From an uncultured Methyloversatilis sp. (GTDB lineage Bacteria; Pseudomonadota; Gammaproteobacteria; Burkholderiales; Rhodocyclaceae): a stretch of DNA of 64,000 bases. The position numbers and the translations under genes were made by a program. Positions 48,894 to 59,317 of the stretch are shown here, in pieces. The number at the start of each line of letters is the position of its first letter. Position 1 is the first letter of the stretch. Below the pieces are notes generated by a model. That model saw only the letters and a program-made list of their open reading frames with translations, ran no database searches and was not told where the DNA came from. The stretch lies in assembly GCA_964488825.1 (NCBI GenBank), contig CAZAWN010000001.1:1818-65817 (forward strand), read 5' to 3'.

Positions 48894-49697
48894 TCATCGG
48901 GCGTTGACCAGGTTCTCGATCAGGCGACGAATTTCGGCGGGCTCCATCGGCTTGTCGCAGATGGCCGAGACGCCGGCCTGTTCGACGGCCGCCAGACGGC
49001 TGCTGTTGCTCTCGCTGGTGACCATGAGAATGGGGACCGAGCATTGCCAGCTTTGTTGACGGATGTACTCGGTGAGCTGTCGGCCGTCCATTTCCGGCAT
49101 GTTGTAATCGGTCATCACCAGATCGACCATGGTTTCAGCCAGTTTGGCCACTGCCTCCTGACCATCGCCGGCTTCGATGATGTCCTCGATACCCAGCGAT
49201 TCGAGCAGGTGGCGCAGAAAGCGGCGCGTCATCGGACTGTCATCCACCAACAGGACGCGCAGGTTTTCCAGGTCCTCGGTGGCTACTGCGAGCTGTGTCG
49301 GAGCGAGGGTTTCCACTGCGGCCGTCAGGGCGCGTTGCAGATGTTGGGCTGTGCAGGGCTTGGGCACGATAAAGCAGGCCCCGGATTGGCGGATCGGATC
49401 GAGCACCTGAATTCGCGTTTCAGATGAGACAAGAATAAACGGAGTGAGCACCAACTCGGCCGTATTGCGCATCGCAAAAACCAGATCAGCCCCGGTCATG
49501 TCCGGCAAATACAAAGCACTGACGACGGCCGAAGGCGGCGCACTGCGCATCGCCTCGATGGCATCGGCACCGCTCCTGGCGGTGCGGCAGGTGGTGACGC
49601 CCAGTTCCGTCAACTGGGTGCGAATGGCGCGTTCCTGCATGGCGGAAGGTTCGACCAACAGCAAGGATAGTTCGGCAAACGAGCGGTTGATGGACAT
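48894..49697 (-). CDS. Tandem receiver-domain (CheY-like) protein, pseudo-REC plus REC
   Basis: REC1 LLLVEPS...VVSALYLPDM (no phospho-Asp); REC2 VLLVDDS...VMTDYNMPEMDG...KP; ATG 49697. Confidence 0.85.
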   Translation of the reverse strand: MSINRSFAELSLLLVEPSAMQERAIRTQLTELGVTTCRTARSGADAIEAMRSAPPSAVVSALYLPDMTGADLVFAMRNTAELVLTPFILVSSETRIQVLDPIRQSGACFIVPKPCTAQHLQRALTAAVETLAPTQLAVATEDLENLRVLLVDDSPMTRRFLRHLLESLGIEDIIEAGDGQEAVAKLAETMVDLVMTDYNMPEMDGRQLTEYIRQQSWQCSVPILMVTSESNSSRLAAVEQAGVSAICDKPMEPAEIRRLIENLVNAR

Positions 49698-49707
49698 GAT
49701 GAGAAGC

Positions 49708-50643
49708 TCAGGCGAAATGATCATAGCCGCGTCGAACGATATCAACCGGTGCACCGGTGGCATCGAAGACGGCGAGATGTCCCGGCGTACCGGGGGTGAT
49801 ACTGCCGATGCAATGCAGCGGCAGATCGAGGTGGGCTGCCAATGCGACAACTTCGCCATGCCGCGCCGAGGGGGCGGTAAAGAGCAGCTCGTAGTCGTCC
49901 CCGCCCGACAGATAGGCTTCGCGCGCGAAACTCGGCGCTGGCAGGACGGCTATCCTGAGCGTGGCGGCCAGTCCCGAGGCTGTCAGGATATGTCCGAGGT
50001 CGGCGAGCAAGCCGTCGGAGACATCAATGGCGGCTGTCGCCAGCCCGCGCAAGGCGATGCCGAGCTCAACCCGTGGCTGTGGGCGGTGCAGTGCGGCGAG
50101 GCAGTCAGTGAGCGCTGGCTCTGCCAGCAAGGTTTGTCCCTGCAGATGCGCCAAGCCCTGCGCGGCACGTCCGGGCGCCCCGGAAACCCAAATCTGGTCG
50201 CCGGCCTGTGCGCCCGAACGCAGCAGCGCCTGGCCGTTTGGGACTTCGCCGCAAATCGTGACGCAAAAATTCCGCGGGCCATGCGTTGTGTCGCCGCCGA
50301 TCACATCAATCCCGAAACGGTCTGCGCAAGCGAAGAAGCCATGCGCAAACTTTTCAATCCAGCTTTCGGTGGCTGCCGGCAGGGCGGCGGCCAACAACGC
50401 CCACTTGGGCTGAGCTCCGATGGCGGCCATGTCCGACACATTCACTGCCAAAACTTTCCAGCCCAGATCTTCCGCCTCTGTATTGGCTAGAAAGTGAGTA
50501 CCCGCTACGAGCATGTCCGTCGAGACTGCAAGGGTGCTACCGGGGGCAGGGGCGAACAAGGCGGCATCGTCGCCTACCCCCAGCAGGGTATGGCGGGTAG
50601 GACGCCGAAAGTATTTCTCGATCAAAGCAAATTCGGAGGGCAT
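49708..50643 (-). CDS. thiL: Thiamine-monophosphate kinase
   Basis: SEFALI, GVGDDAA, NVSDMAAIGA, GGDT, DVSDGL, GGDDYEL, GYDHF. Confidence 0.97.
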   Translation of the reverse strand: MPSEFALIEKYFRRPTRHTLLGVGDDAALFAPAPGSTLAVSTDMLVAGTHFLANTEAEDLGWKVLAVNVSDMAAIGAQPKWALLAAALPAATESWIEKFAHGFFACADRFGIDVIGGDTTHGPRNFCVTICGEVPNGQALLRSGAQAGDQIWVSGAPGRAAQGLAHLQGQTLLAEPALTDCLAALHRPQPRVELGIALRGLATAAIDVSDGLLADLGHILTASGLAATLRIAVLPAPSFAREAYLSGGDDYELLFTAPSARHGEVVALAAHLDLPLHCIGSITPGTPGHLAVFDATGAPVDIVRRGYDHFA

Positions 50644-50692
50644 GCCCCAATATTACTTGCCTTGCGTCCTGCGCTTCGTCTGTGGAGAGGGC

Positions 50693-51145
50693 TTACTTCG
50701 CCGCTGTTTCGGCCGGACGCAACTCCGGGGCGAGTTTGTCGAGCACGCCATTGACGAACTTATGACCATCGGTGCCGCCGTAGGATTTGGTGAGTTCGAT
50801 CGCTTCGTTGATGACGACACGCCAAGGCGTTTCGGGATGGTCGCGCAATTCGCAGGCCGCCATCAGCAGAATGCTGCGCTCGACGGGGGAAACCTCGTCC
50901 CACGGGCGTTCGATATGTGGTTCCAGCATAGCCCGCAAGGTGGCCAGATCGTTGAGGACGCCGTCGAGCAGACTATCGTAGAGCGGTCGGTGCGCTTTCT
51001 CGAAACCGGCAACAGATTCCACATGAGCAATGATGGCGGCCGAATCCTGACCCCCCACCAAGTGCTGGTAAAGGCCCTGCACAACGAACTCGCGCGCGCG
51101 ATGGCGCGGACTGCTCGGGGTTTTCTTCTGCGGGTCGGTGCTCAC
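50693..51145 (-). CDS. nusB: Transcription antitermination factor NusB
   Basis: [31 protein letters not shown]. Confidence 0.96.
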   Translation of the reverse strand: MSTDPQKKTPSSPRHRAREFVVQGLYQHLVGGQDSAAIIAHVESVAGFEKAHRPLYDSLLDGVLNDLATLRAMLEPHIERPWDEVSPVERSILLMAACELRDHPETPWRVVINEAIELTKSYGGTDGHKFVNGVLDKLAPELRPAETAAK

Positions 51146-51648
51146 TTAACGGCTTTCCGCAACACGATCTGCAGGTTGGCCATCTCGACCGCGCACTGGG
51201 CGGCTTCCATACCCTTTTGCGTCATGCGTACTTCTGCCTGATCGTCGTTTTCTACCGTGAGCACGGCATTGGCGATAGGTACGCCGGTGGCAAGTTGTAC
51301 GTCGGTCACGCCGCGCGACGATTCGTTGGAGACGATCTCGAAATGGTAGGTCTCGCCGCGAATCACGCAACCCAGTGCGACGAGGGCGTCAAACTTGCCA
51401 CTTTGCGCCATGGTTTGCAGCGCGAGGGGAATTTCCAGTGCACCGGGTACGCTGGCCAGCGTGACATCCGTTACGCCGAGACGCTGTAATTCATGCATGC
51501 AGCCGGATAACAAACCTTCGCCGACCGCCTTGTTGAAGCGCGCCATGACGATGCCGATGGCGAGACCGGCACCGGCCAGATCGGGTTCGACCTCGACCAG
51601 ATCCGCGCGACCGAGGGGTGTTGCCTGGGTATGGGGTGTAAAGCTCAT
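51142..51648 (-). CDS. ribH: 6,7-dimethyl-8-ribityllumazine synthase
   Basis: [24 protein letters not shown]; likely ATG 51648. Confidence 0.96.
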   Translation of the reverse strand: MSFTPHTQATPLGRADLVEVEPDLAGAGLAIGIVMARFNKAVGEGLLSGCMHELQRLGVTDVTLASVPGALEIPLALQTMAQSGKFDALVALGCVIRGETYHFEIVSNESSRGVTDVQLATGVPIANAVLTVENDDQAEVRMTQKGMEAAQCAVEMANLQIVLRKAVK

Positions 51649-51664
51649 AGGGTTGCTCGGGTTG

Positions 51665-52765
51665 TCAAAGGGCCAGTTGATCGGGAGACAAGTAACCGCA
51701 TACTTCCAGGCCAAAGCCTGCCATGCTCGGCATCTTGCGCGGGCTGGAGAGCAGGCGCATCTTGCCGACGCCCAGTTCGCGCAGGATTTGCGCGCCGATG
51801 CCGTAGAGGCGCGGGTCCCATTTGGCGGCGGGTGTCGCCGTATCGTTGTTCAACACCTGCAACAGGTTGGTGCCTGTCTCATTGCGATGGAGCAATACGA
51901 TGACGCCGCTATCAGCCTGGGCGATGGCGCGCATCGCCATGTCGATGCTGAAGCTGTGACGCTGGCTCTGGCAGTCGAGGAAGTCGAGGACCGACACGGG
52001 TTCATGAACGCGCACCAAGGTTTCCAGATCATGCGCGATGGCGCCGCGCGTTAGCGCCAGATGCACGTCACCGTTGGTTTGATCGCGGAAGGCGCGCAGG
52101 CGGAAACTGCCGTGTGTGCAGATCACTTCCTTGTCGGCGACGCATTCGACGAGTTTCTCGTTTTCCGACCGGTACTGGATCAGATCGCGAATGGTACCGA
52201 TCTTCAAGCCGTGTTCGCCGGCGAACTCCAGCAGATCGGGCAGGCGCGCCATCGTGCCGTCGTCCTTGAGAATCTCGCAGATCACCGCGGACGGGTCGCA
52301 TCCGGCCATCTGGGCGAGGTCGCAGCCCGCTTCGGTATGGCCAGCGCGCACCAGCACGCCGCCCTTTTGCGCCATCAGCGGAAAGATGTGGCCGGGTTGG
52401 ACGATATCGCTTGGTCTGGCGTTTCTCGCTACGGCGGCCTGCACGGTGCGGGCGCGGTCATGGGCCGAAATCCCGGTGGTGACGCCCTCGGCCGCTTCGA
52501 TGGATAGGGTGAAGGCGGTGCCGTGGGGGGTCTTGTTGTCGCGCACCATCAGGGGCAGATCGAGCTGGCGGCAACGGCTTTCGGTCAGCGTCAGGCAGAT
52601 CAGCCCGCGGCCGTACTTGGCCATGTAGTTAATCGCCTCGGGCGTGACATGTTCGGCGGCGAGGACGAGGTCGCCCTCGTTCTCGCGGTCTTCCTCATCG
52701 ACGAGGATGACCATTCTGCCGGCGCGCAGCTCGGCGACAATTTCTTGGACTGGACTGATGCTCAC
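51665..52765 (-). CDS. ribB: DHBP synthase fused to a degenerate GTP cyclohydrolase II-like domain (RibBX type)
   Basis: [24 protein letters not shown]; the C-terminal domain has [11 protein letters not shown] and lacks the Zn-binding cysteine set; GTG 52765. Confidence 0.92.
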   Translation of the reverse strand: MSISPVQEIVAELRAGRMVILVDEEDRENEGDLVLAAEHVTPEAINYMAKYGRGLICLTLTESRCRQLDLPLMVRDNKTPHGTAFTLSIEAAEGVTTGISAHDRARTVQAAVARNARPSDIVQPGHIFPLMAQKGGVLVRAGHTEAGCDLAQMAGCDPSAVICEILKDDGTMARLPDLLEFAGEHGLKIGTIRDLIQYRSENEKLVECVADKEVICTHGSFRLRAFRDQTNGDVHLALTRGAIAHDLETLVRVHEPVSVLDFLDCQSQRHSFSIDMAMRAIAQADSGVIVLLHRNETGTNLLQVLNNDTATPAAKWDPRLYGIGAQILRELGVGKMRLLSSPRKMPSMAGFGLEVCGYLSPDQLAL

Positions 52766-52820
52766 AATAGATCGGACTCCGTAGGAAGGCGCGCATTCTA
52801 CGCCGCGTCGGGTGGCTTGG

Positions 52821-55250
52821 TCAGGCGCCCAACAAGCGTTCGAATTCTGCTGCAGGCAGAGGCTTGGCATACAGGTAGCCTTGGCCGAAATGACATCCGA
52901 GACAGTTCAGGAAATCTGCTTGTGCCTGGGTTTCGACTCCCTCGGCGACAACTTCCAATTTCAGCGCGTGTGCTACCTGAATGATGGCGGTAACGATTTC
53001 TTCGTCCTCGCGCGATGCACCAATGTCTTTGACGAACGAGCGATCAACCTTGAGTAGATGAATAGGCAAGCGCTTTAGATAGCTGAAGCTTGAATAACCG
53101 GTACCGAAGTCATCGACCGCGACGGTAATCCCGATGTCGACCAGTCTGGACAGGGCATCGATGGCCATGTCCGGCTTGGCCATGACGGTGGACTCGGTTA
53201 CTTCGATCTGCAGGAAGTCGGGAGCCAGCGCATGACGCGCCAGCGTGCTTTTCACCTTGTCGGTAAAGTCCGGGTTGTCGAGCTGGCGTGCCGACACATT
53301 GACTGCGACGGGTCCGGCAATGATGCCCTGGCTGCTCCAGTGCTTCATCTGGGCGCACGCGGCATCGAGCACCCAGTCGCCGATCGCCTCGATCAGGCCG
53401 GTTTCCTCGGCCAGCGGGATGAAATCGGCCGGCGAGATCATGCCCATCTGCGGATCGCGCCAGCGGATCAGGGCTTCCATGCCGCACTGGCGGCGATCAA
53501 TCAGGCAGATCTTGATCTGGTAGAACAGTTCGAATTCGTTGTTCGCCAAAGCCCGGCGCAAGGCCGCTTCCATCTGCAGGCGCTGCTGGGCGCGTTCGTT
53601 CATGGCGGCATCGAAGAAGCGGAGCGTTCCCCGCCCGGATTGCTTTGCTGCGTACATCGCGACATCGGCATTGCGCAGCAGGGTGGCGGAATCCGTCCCG
53701 TCCTGCGGGTAGATGCTGATGCCGATGCTGGCGCCGACATGCAGCGTCTGATCGGATATCAGGAAGGGCTGGGTAATGTCGGCGATGATTTTCTCCGCAA
53801 TGTAAGCGGCGTCAGCGCTGTGCTCGATATTGGCGAGCACGACGAATTCGTCGCCACCCTGCCGCGAGACTGTATCGCTGGCGCGCACGCAGGCGGTCAG
53901 CCGACTGGCAGCCTGCTGCAGGAGCTTGTCACCCACCAGGTGGCCGAGACTGTCGTTGATGACCTTGAAGCGATCGAGATCGATGAAGAGCAAGGCGATA
54001 CGCTTGCCATCGCGCTCGCCCATCCTGATTGCATGTTCGAGCCGGTTCTGCAGCAGCATCCGGTTGGGCAGCCGGGTCAGGGCGTCATGGTAAGCCTGAA
54101 AGCGGATGTGCTCGTCCTTGCGCCGTGCATCGGTGATGTCGGTCATCACGGCAATGCGGCGATGGGGCGCCCCTGCGGCATTGCTGATCGTCGTGATGCT
54201 GGTCCATTGCAAGTAGGCCTCGCCATCCTTGCGCCGGTTCCACAATTCTCCCCGCCACTTCCCGAAAGCCTGGAGTGAGGACCACATCTCGCTATAAAAA
54301 CTCTCGGGTTGGTGATCCGAACGCAACAGCCGTGGCGTCTTCCCGACGGCCTCCTCCTCCGCGTAGCCGGTGATCGCGGTGAAGGCCGGATTGACCGACA
54401 GGATGGTGCCGTGAGCATCGGTAATCATGATGCCCTCGAAGGTGTGGGAGAACACGCCGGCCGCCAGTTCAAGCGCTTCGCCATAGGCTTTGGCTTGCAT
54501 CAGAGCGATTTCCTTGGCGGCATTTGCCTCCTGCAGTTGGGCATTGGTTTCGACCAACTGGTCTGTTCGCACCTGCAGGTTGTGGCGCATGTGATTGATG
54601 CTCTGCGCCAGCTCATGGATTTCATCGTCCGGACTGGATGGATAGCTGGCATCAAGCTGCAGGGGCGAGCTGAGCTCGCCCGTCGCCATGCGGCGGGTGT
54701 GCTGGTTTATCTGTCTAACCGGTTCGGTGATCATGCGGCGAACCAGTAGCAGGACGAGAGCCGCTACTACGGCAACCTTGAGAGCATTCAGTAACAGAAC
54801 CAGTCCCAGCCGCTGCCAGGTGCGTTGCAGGGCGCCGGCATTGCTGGCGGCCACTTCGAGCGTGCCGATGACCTGCGTTACGCCTCGATACTCGTACTGA
54901 ACCTGATAATGACGGGACAGCTGCTGGTTGATCGGCCGGTTGCCGCTCACAGCAACCTGTTCCTGATCGGTACGAATCCCGGCGTATGTGAAATCCGGCA
55001 GCTGTCGCATGCCCTCCGTAAGCACCTGCAGTGCCGGCCGGTCCATGACCCACAAGCCCTGCCTGACGCTCGGTAAGTAGGCAGTTTCGATCTCGATGAA
55101 GCGCGTTTTGATATCGCTGATATCGCGGGTGTATTCGAAATAGAGCTGGGCGGCGGTAATGAAACTGGCGATCAGGCTACTGGTCAGCAGCGTCAGCAAC
55201 ACGAGCCGGCGGCCAAGGCGCTGGCGGCCAGTGTATGGGGCGACAGTCAT
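52821..55250 (-). CDS. Membrane-anchored HAMP-PAS-GGDEF-EAL c-di-GMP enzyme
   Basis: Two TMs around a periplasmic domain, HAMP, PAS (VNPAFTAITGY), intact GGDEF, MEALIRW, DDFGTGYSS. Confidence 0.93.
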   Translation of the reverse strand: MTVAPYTGRQRLGRRLVLLTLLTSSLIASFITAAQLYFEYTRDISDIKTRFIEIETAYLPSVRQGLWVMDRPALQVLTEGMRQLPDFTYAGIRTDQEQVAVSGNRPINQQLSRHYQVQYEYRGVTQVIGTLEVAASNAGALQRTWQRLGLVLLLNALKVAVVAALVLLLVRRMITEPVRQINQHTRRMATGELSSPLQLDASYPSSPDDEIHELAQSINHMRHNLQVRTDQLVETNAQLQEANAAKEIALMQAKAYGEALELAAGVFSHTFEGIMITDAHGTILSVNPAFTAITGYAEEEAVGKTPRLLRSDHQPESFYSEMWSSLQAFGKWRGELWNRRKDGEAYLQWTSITTISNAAGAPHRRIAVMTDITDARRKDEHIRFQAYHDALTRLPNRMLLQNRLEHAIRMGERDGKRIALLFIDLDRFKVINDSLGHLVGDKLLQQAASRLTACVRASDTVSRQGGDEFVVLANIEHSADAAYIAEKIIADITQPFLISDQTLHVGASIGISIYPQDGTDSATLLRNADVAMYAAKQSGRGTLRFFDAAMNERAQQRLQMEAALRRALANNEFELFYQIKICLIDRRQCGMEALIRWRDPQMGMISPADFIPLAEETGLIEAIGDWVLDAACAQMKHWSSQGIIAGPVAVNVSARQLDNPDFTDKVKSTLARHALAPDFLQIEVTESTVMAKPDMAIDALSRLVDIGITVAVDDFGTGYSSFSYLKRLPIHLLKVDRSFVKDIGASREDEEIVTAIIQVAHALKLEVVAEGVETQAQADFLNCLGCHFGQGYLYAKPLPAAEFERLLGA

Positions 55251-55996
55251 TGAGATTTTCCAAATCCCGGCAGGGAATTCGCTGCAATACGCTGATAGCT
55301 GCCGTCGGCCTTCATCGCGCGCAAGGCTCTGGCGGCCGGTTCCGCAAGGTGCTCATGTTTCTTGTGCAGATACATGAACATTTCCGTGGTGGCGAGGGGT
55401 GGCCGCAGCATGTGCGCTTTGAGGCCCAATTCGGTCAGCAGATGATTGCCCTGCCAGCGTTCGTAGAGCACCAGGTCGGCGCGGTTGTTGGTCAGCAGGG
55501 AAAAGAGCTGGGGAGCGGTTTGCACCTTGGTGACCGGCGTACCGGGCGGCAGGTTGTTTTCAAAGATCTTCCAGCCGTTGATGAAGCCGACCTGGTAAGC
55601 CTTGATGTCCTGGAATCCGATGGACGCGAGATCGGTTCGGGTGGCATAGGCGACAAACTCGTTGTCGATGATTTTCTCGTCGATAAGAACCAGATTGGGA
55701 TAGGCTTTTTCCAGTCCCCTGATACGCAATGCCACACCGTCGTCAAGGCCGCTGTTGGCATTGAGCATGGCACGCTCCGAAGCCTCGTAACGGAGGGCTT
55801 CGGCCTGCAAGCCGAGGCGGCGGAAGACCTCTGGCACCAGTAAATCGAGGAAGCCTCTCTTGTCTGGCTGAAAATAGGGTGCATTCACGCCACTGTTCAA
55901 ACGCAGTGGTTCGGCATGCACTGCATCGGTGGCAGTAAGGATCAATGCGGCCGGGATCAGCCAGCGGAAGAAGGCAGCGATAAGCATCGCCCGCAT
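55247..55996 (-). CDS. Periplasmic substrate-binding protein (family 3-like)
   Basis: Signal peptide; APYF..GFLDLLV.EVFRRLG; RAMKADGSYQRI; stop overlaps the GGDEF-EAL start. Start 55996 or 55987. Confidence 0.82.
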   Translation of the reverse strand: MRAMLIAAFFRWLIPAALILTATDAVHAEPLRLNSGVNAPYFQPDKRGFLDLLVPEVFRRLGLQAEALRYEASERAMLNANSGLDDGVALRIRGLEKAYPNLVLIDEKIIDNEFVAYATRTDLASIGFQDIKAYQVGFINGWKIFENNLPPGTPVTKVQTAPQLFSLLTNNRADLVLYERWQGNHLLTELGLKAHMLRPPLATTEMFMYLHKKHEHLAEPAARALRAMKADGSYQRIAANSLPGFGKSQ

Positions 55997-56082
55997 TTTA
56001 TGGGCAAAGTCGCTCTGTACTGCCCCGGGAAAACAGCGGCCACCGGCGTGACTATGACACTGAGCGCCGGCCCGGCGCAGGC

Positions 56083-56613
56083 TTACTCCTCGTTGTCTTT
56101 GCCGTGGCCGCCGTGGTGTTTGGCGGTCAGGCGGTCCATCACGGCGAACAGCACGCCGGAGACGACGAAGGTCATGTGCAAACCGACTTTCCAAGCCAAT
56201 TGCTCGTTGGTGTAGTGATCGACGTGCATGAAGGCCTTGAGCAACTCGATACCGGAGATCGCCACGATCGAGCCGATCAGCTTCATCTTCAGGTCGGAAA
56301 AACCGACATGGCCCATCCACGAAGGGCGGTCCTCGGTATCGCCGGTGTTGATCTTGGACACGAAGTTCTCGTAGCCGGCAAAGATGATGATAATCAGCAA
56401 ATTGGCGATCATCACCACATCGATCAGGGTCAGAATGCCGATGATTACGTCGCTGCCGTCGGCGGTCAGCACCGTTGGCGCGAAGCTGATGAATTCCTTG
56501 ACGAACTTGATCAGCAGGATAACGATGGCCAGCACCAGGCCGAGATAAAAGGGGGCCAGCAGCCAGCGGCTGTTGAACATCAGCGTTTCAAGGGCGTGTT
56601 CGAGTGATTTCAT
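56083..56613 (-). CDS. TIGR00645/UPF0114 (YqhA-like) inner membrane protein
   Basis: SRWLLAPFYLGL, GYENFVSKI, LKMKLIGSIVAISGIELLKAF; ATG 56613. Confidence 0.9.
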   Translation of the reverse strand: MKSLEHALETLMFNSRWLLAPFYLGLVLAIVILLIKFVKEFISFAPTVLTADGSDVIIGILTLIDVVMIANLLIIIIFAGYENFVSKINTGDTEDRPSWMGHVGFSDLKMKLIGSIVAISGIELLKAFMHVDHYTNEQLAWKVGLHMTFVVSGVLFAVMDRLTAKHHGGHGKDNEE

Positions 56614-56775
56614 GATGTCGTGGGAAATTGAGGGGGGGCTAACATATCGGTACGAAGCCGGATTCGTCAAGTCCTCAACCCGTAAGGGGTTTATGTTAAT
56701 TCGACGGCGACCCGGAAAACAGGATTCCCTGTGCTTGCGCGGTGTAGCAAACCCGACTTGCGGCAAAATGGCGGA

Positions 56776-57858
56776 ATGTTGCGACGAATCCTCTTCCTTG
56801 TTGTTGCCCTGCTGCTGGCCGCCTGCGCCAGCGTCAATCGTCATTACGACCAGAGCAAGGCGCACCATCGCTCCGACGGCTTCGTCAATAGTGATCCTGC
56901 GGTGGCGATCGGGAAGTTTCCCTGGTACGAAATCCTCTGGCGGCGCATGCGCGGGGATTTCCGGCCGCTAGCGGAACCCGCGGGCGGTTATGCGGCGTTT
57001 GCCGAACGCTGGAGCGCACCGGTCGATCTTGCGCTGCTGAACGAACGGCATATGGAACCGGTGCTGACCTGGCTGGGCCATGCCGGGATTCTGTTGCAGG
57101 TGGGTGGGCGCAATATCCTGATCGACCCGCATCTGGGCGAGTTTGCCGGCCCGCATGCCTGGCTGTCGGCAAAGCGGCGCGTGCCGGCGCCGCTCACGGC
57201 GGAGGATCTGCCGGCCATCGACTGGGTGCTGATCACGCACAATCACTACGATCATCTCGATCACGCGACCGTGACGGCCCTGAAGGCTGTTCACAATCCG
57301 CGCTGGCTGACGCCGCTGGGGGTCAAGGCGTGGTTCGATGCCGAAGAGGTTGGTCAGGTGAAAGAAATGGATTGGTGGGACAGCATCGCCGATGGCCAGC
57401 TGACGATTCGTTTTACCCCGGCGCAGCACTGGAGCCGCCGCACGCCCTTCGACACCAATGCCACATTGTGGGGCGGTTTTGTCGTCGAATGGCAAGTACC
57501 GGGACGGGCTGCGCCCTGGCGCTTCCTGCACACCGGCGATACGGGTTACTCTCAGGATTTCACTGAAATCCGCCGCCGGCTGGGTCCGGTCGATTTTCTC
57601 GCCGCCCCAGTGGGCGCTTACTTGCCGCGCGACTTCATGCGCCGGCAGCATGCCGATCCGGACGACGCGCTGCGCATCTTTCTCGATGTTGAGGCGAAGC
57701 AGGCGCTCGGCCTGCATTGGGGGACCTTCGAGCTGACTCAGGAAGCCTTCGACCAACCCCCGCGCGATCTCGACATAGCGCTACGCCAGCGCGGGCTGGC
57801 ACCCGAGCGCTTCTGGCTGCTCAAGCACGGCGAAACCCGGCGTATTGCCCTGGACTGA
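56776..57858 (+). CDS. MBL-fold metallohydrolase, NAPE-PLD/RomA-like lipoprotein
   Basis: Lipobox LAAC; [33 protein letters not shown]. Confidence 0.88.
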   Translation: MLRRILFLVVALLLAACASVNRHYDQSKAHHRSDGFVNSDPAVAIGKFPWYEILWRRMRGDFRPLAEPAGGYAAFAERWSAPVDLALLNERHMEPVLTWLGHAGILLQVGGRNILIDPHLGEFAGPHAWLSAKRRVPAPLTAEDLPAIDWVLITHNHYDHLDHATVTALKAVHNPRWLTPLGVKAWFDAEEVGQVKEMDWWDSIADGQLTIRFTPAQHWSRRTPFDTNATLWGGFVVEWQVPGRAAPWRFLHTGDTGYSQDFTEIRRRLGPVDFLAAPVGAYLPRDFMRRQHADPDDALRIFLDVEAKQALGLHWGTFELTQEAFDQPPRDLDIALRQRGLAPERFWLLKHGETRRIALD

Positions 57859-57913
57859 ACGCGCACGAGAAATCAGTGCCGTCCCGCCAAAGCCGAGTTT
57901 TGCGGTTTAGGGT

Positions 57914-59287
57914 TCAGGCTTCCTTGCGACGATAGCCGGCGACCAGGCGCTCGGTGCGGCGCTGGTCGAGCAGGCGGACGGCCAGATACGTGCCGAAGCC
58001 CAGCGCAATCATGCCGACCGACAGCGCGCCGTAGGCGAGCGGCCAGGAAATGCCTTCCGTCATCATCGAAAACTCCGACATACCGCCGATGCCCGCGATG
58101 ATGTTGAGCGGCATGAACACCACGCCCAGCGCGGTCAGCTTGGAGACGCGCTTGTTCTGGTTGATGTTGATGAAGCCGACCGTGGCATCCATCAGGAAGT
58201 TGACCTTGTTGAACAGGAAGGAGGTATGGCCGTCGAGTGATTCGATGTCGCGCAGGATCTGGCGCGCATCGTCCTGTTGTTCACCGCGCAGGATATGGCT
58301 GCGCATCAGGAATGACAGGGCGCGGCGCGTATCCAGTACGTTGCGACGGATGCGGCCGTTGAGGTTTTCGCTCTGGGCGATTTCGGCGAGGATGGCGGCA
58401 GCCTCGTCGTCGCCGACGTGCGGTCGCAACACCTGCCGGTCGATCTTCTCCAGGTCGCTGTAAATGTCTTCGAGCGTGTCGGCGGAGTATTCGACATCGG
58501 CGTCGTAAAGATCGAGCAGCACCTCCATGCCGTCCTTGACATAGCCGGGCTGGGTGCGCGCACGCAGGCGCTGCAGGCGAAACACCGGCAGTTCTTCGCT
58601 GCGTACCGAGAACAGGATGTTGTCGTGCAGGATGAAGGCCACCGCAACGTTACGTGCTGCGCTGTCGGGACGATCGAGCAGGAAGTCGGAGTGCAGATGG
58701 ACATCGCCGTTGTCTTCGACGTAAAAGCGCGCACTGGCCTCGATGTCGGTGAGGTCCTCGGGATCGGGCAGGTCGACGCCAAAAAAGCGCCCGACCCAGT
58801 TGCGCACAAAGGATGTCGGTGCGACCAGATCGACCCAGATCGGCTTGACGGCAGCCAGATCGGCGCGGCTGCCGATCTGCACTTGGCTGAGGCGGCCGTT
58901 CTTCAGCTCGAAGGCGTTGAGCATGTTGCGCACGCTGGCGTAGGAGCGCGCGCCGACCAGTTCCTCGCGCGCATCGTCGTGCAGACGTTCAAGCACCGAT
59001 TCGCAGCGCGCTTCGTTCACTTGCTGCCAGGCCGTGACGGAATCTTCTTCGGAAAGCGTTTCGAGGATGCGCGCAATGGTGTCGTCGTCGAGGCGGTTGA
59101 GCAGGCGCTGGAGTTCGACCAGGTGCTGCTTGTGCACAATCTCCTCGACCAGTTCCTGGCGCGGCATCTCCTGACGATGGACCAGGTCCTCGACGCGGCG
59201 ATGGCGCGAGAGCAACAGCTGCACCTCGGCAAGGTGCTGCTCCAAAAGGGTTTCGGCGCGGGGGTGGACGCTTTGCTCGACGCTCAT
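57914..59287 (-). CDS. corA: CorA-family divalent cation transporter with MgtE-like N-terminal extension
   Basis: PIWVDL, DIEASARFY, RDIESL, FLMDATVGFININQN, two C-terminal TMs (GGMSE variant). Confidence 0.88.
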   Translation of the reverse strand: MSVEQSVHPRAETLLEQHLAEVQLLLSRHRRVEDLVHRQEMPRQELVEEIVHKQHLVELQRLLNRLDDDTIARILETLSEEDSVTAWQQVNEARCESVLERLHDDAREELVGARSYASVRNMLNAFELKNGRLSQVQIGSRADLAAVKPIWVDLVAPTSFVRNWVGRFFGVDLPDPEDLTDIEASARFYVEDNGDVHLHSDFLLDRPDSAARNVAVAFILHDNILFSVRSEELPVFRLQRLRARTQPGYVKDGMEVLLDLYDADVEYSADTLEDIYSDLEKIDRQVLRPHVGDDEAAAILAEIAQSENLNGRIRRNVLDTRRALSFLMRSHILRGEQQDDARQILRDIESLDGHTSFLFNKVNFLMDATVGFININQNKRVSKLTALGVVFMPLNIIAGIGGMSEFSMMTEGISWPLAYGALSVGMIALGFGTYLAVRLLDQRRTERLVAGYRRKEA

Positions 59288-59317
59288 GACGGCGCGATTC
59301 TACGCGCCGGAGGCCGA

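Noticed and set aside
55997-56082. Possible riboswitch upstream of the SBP/GGDEF-EAL pair
   Set aside because: GC-rich with small hairpins, but no recognisable aptamer consensus.
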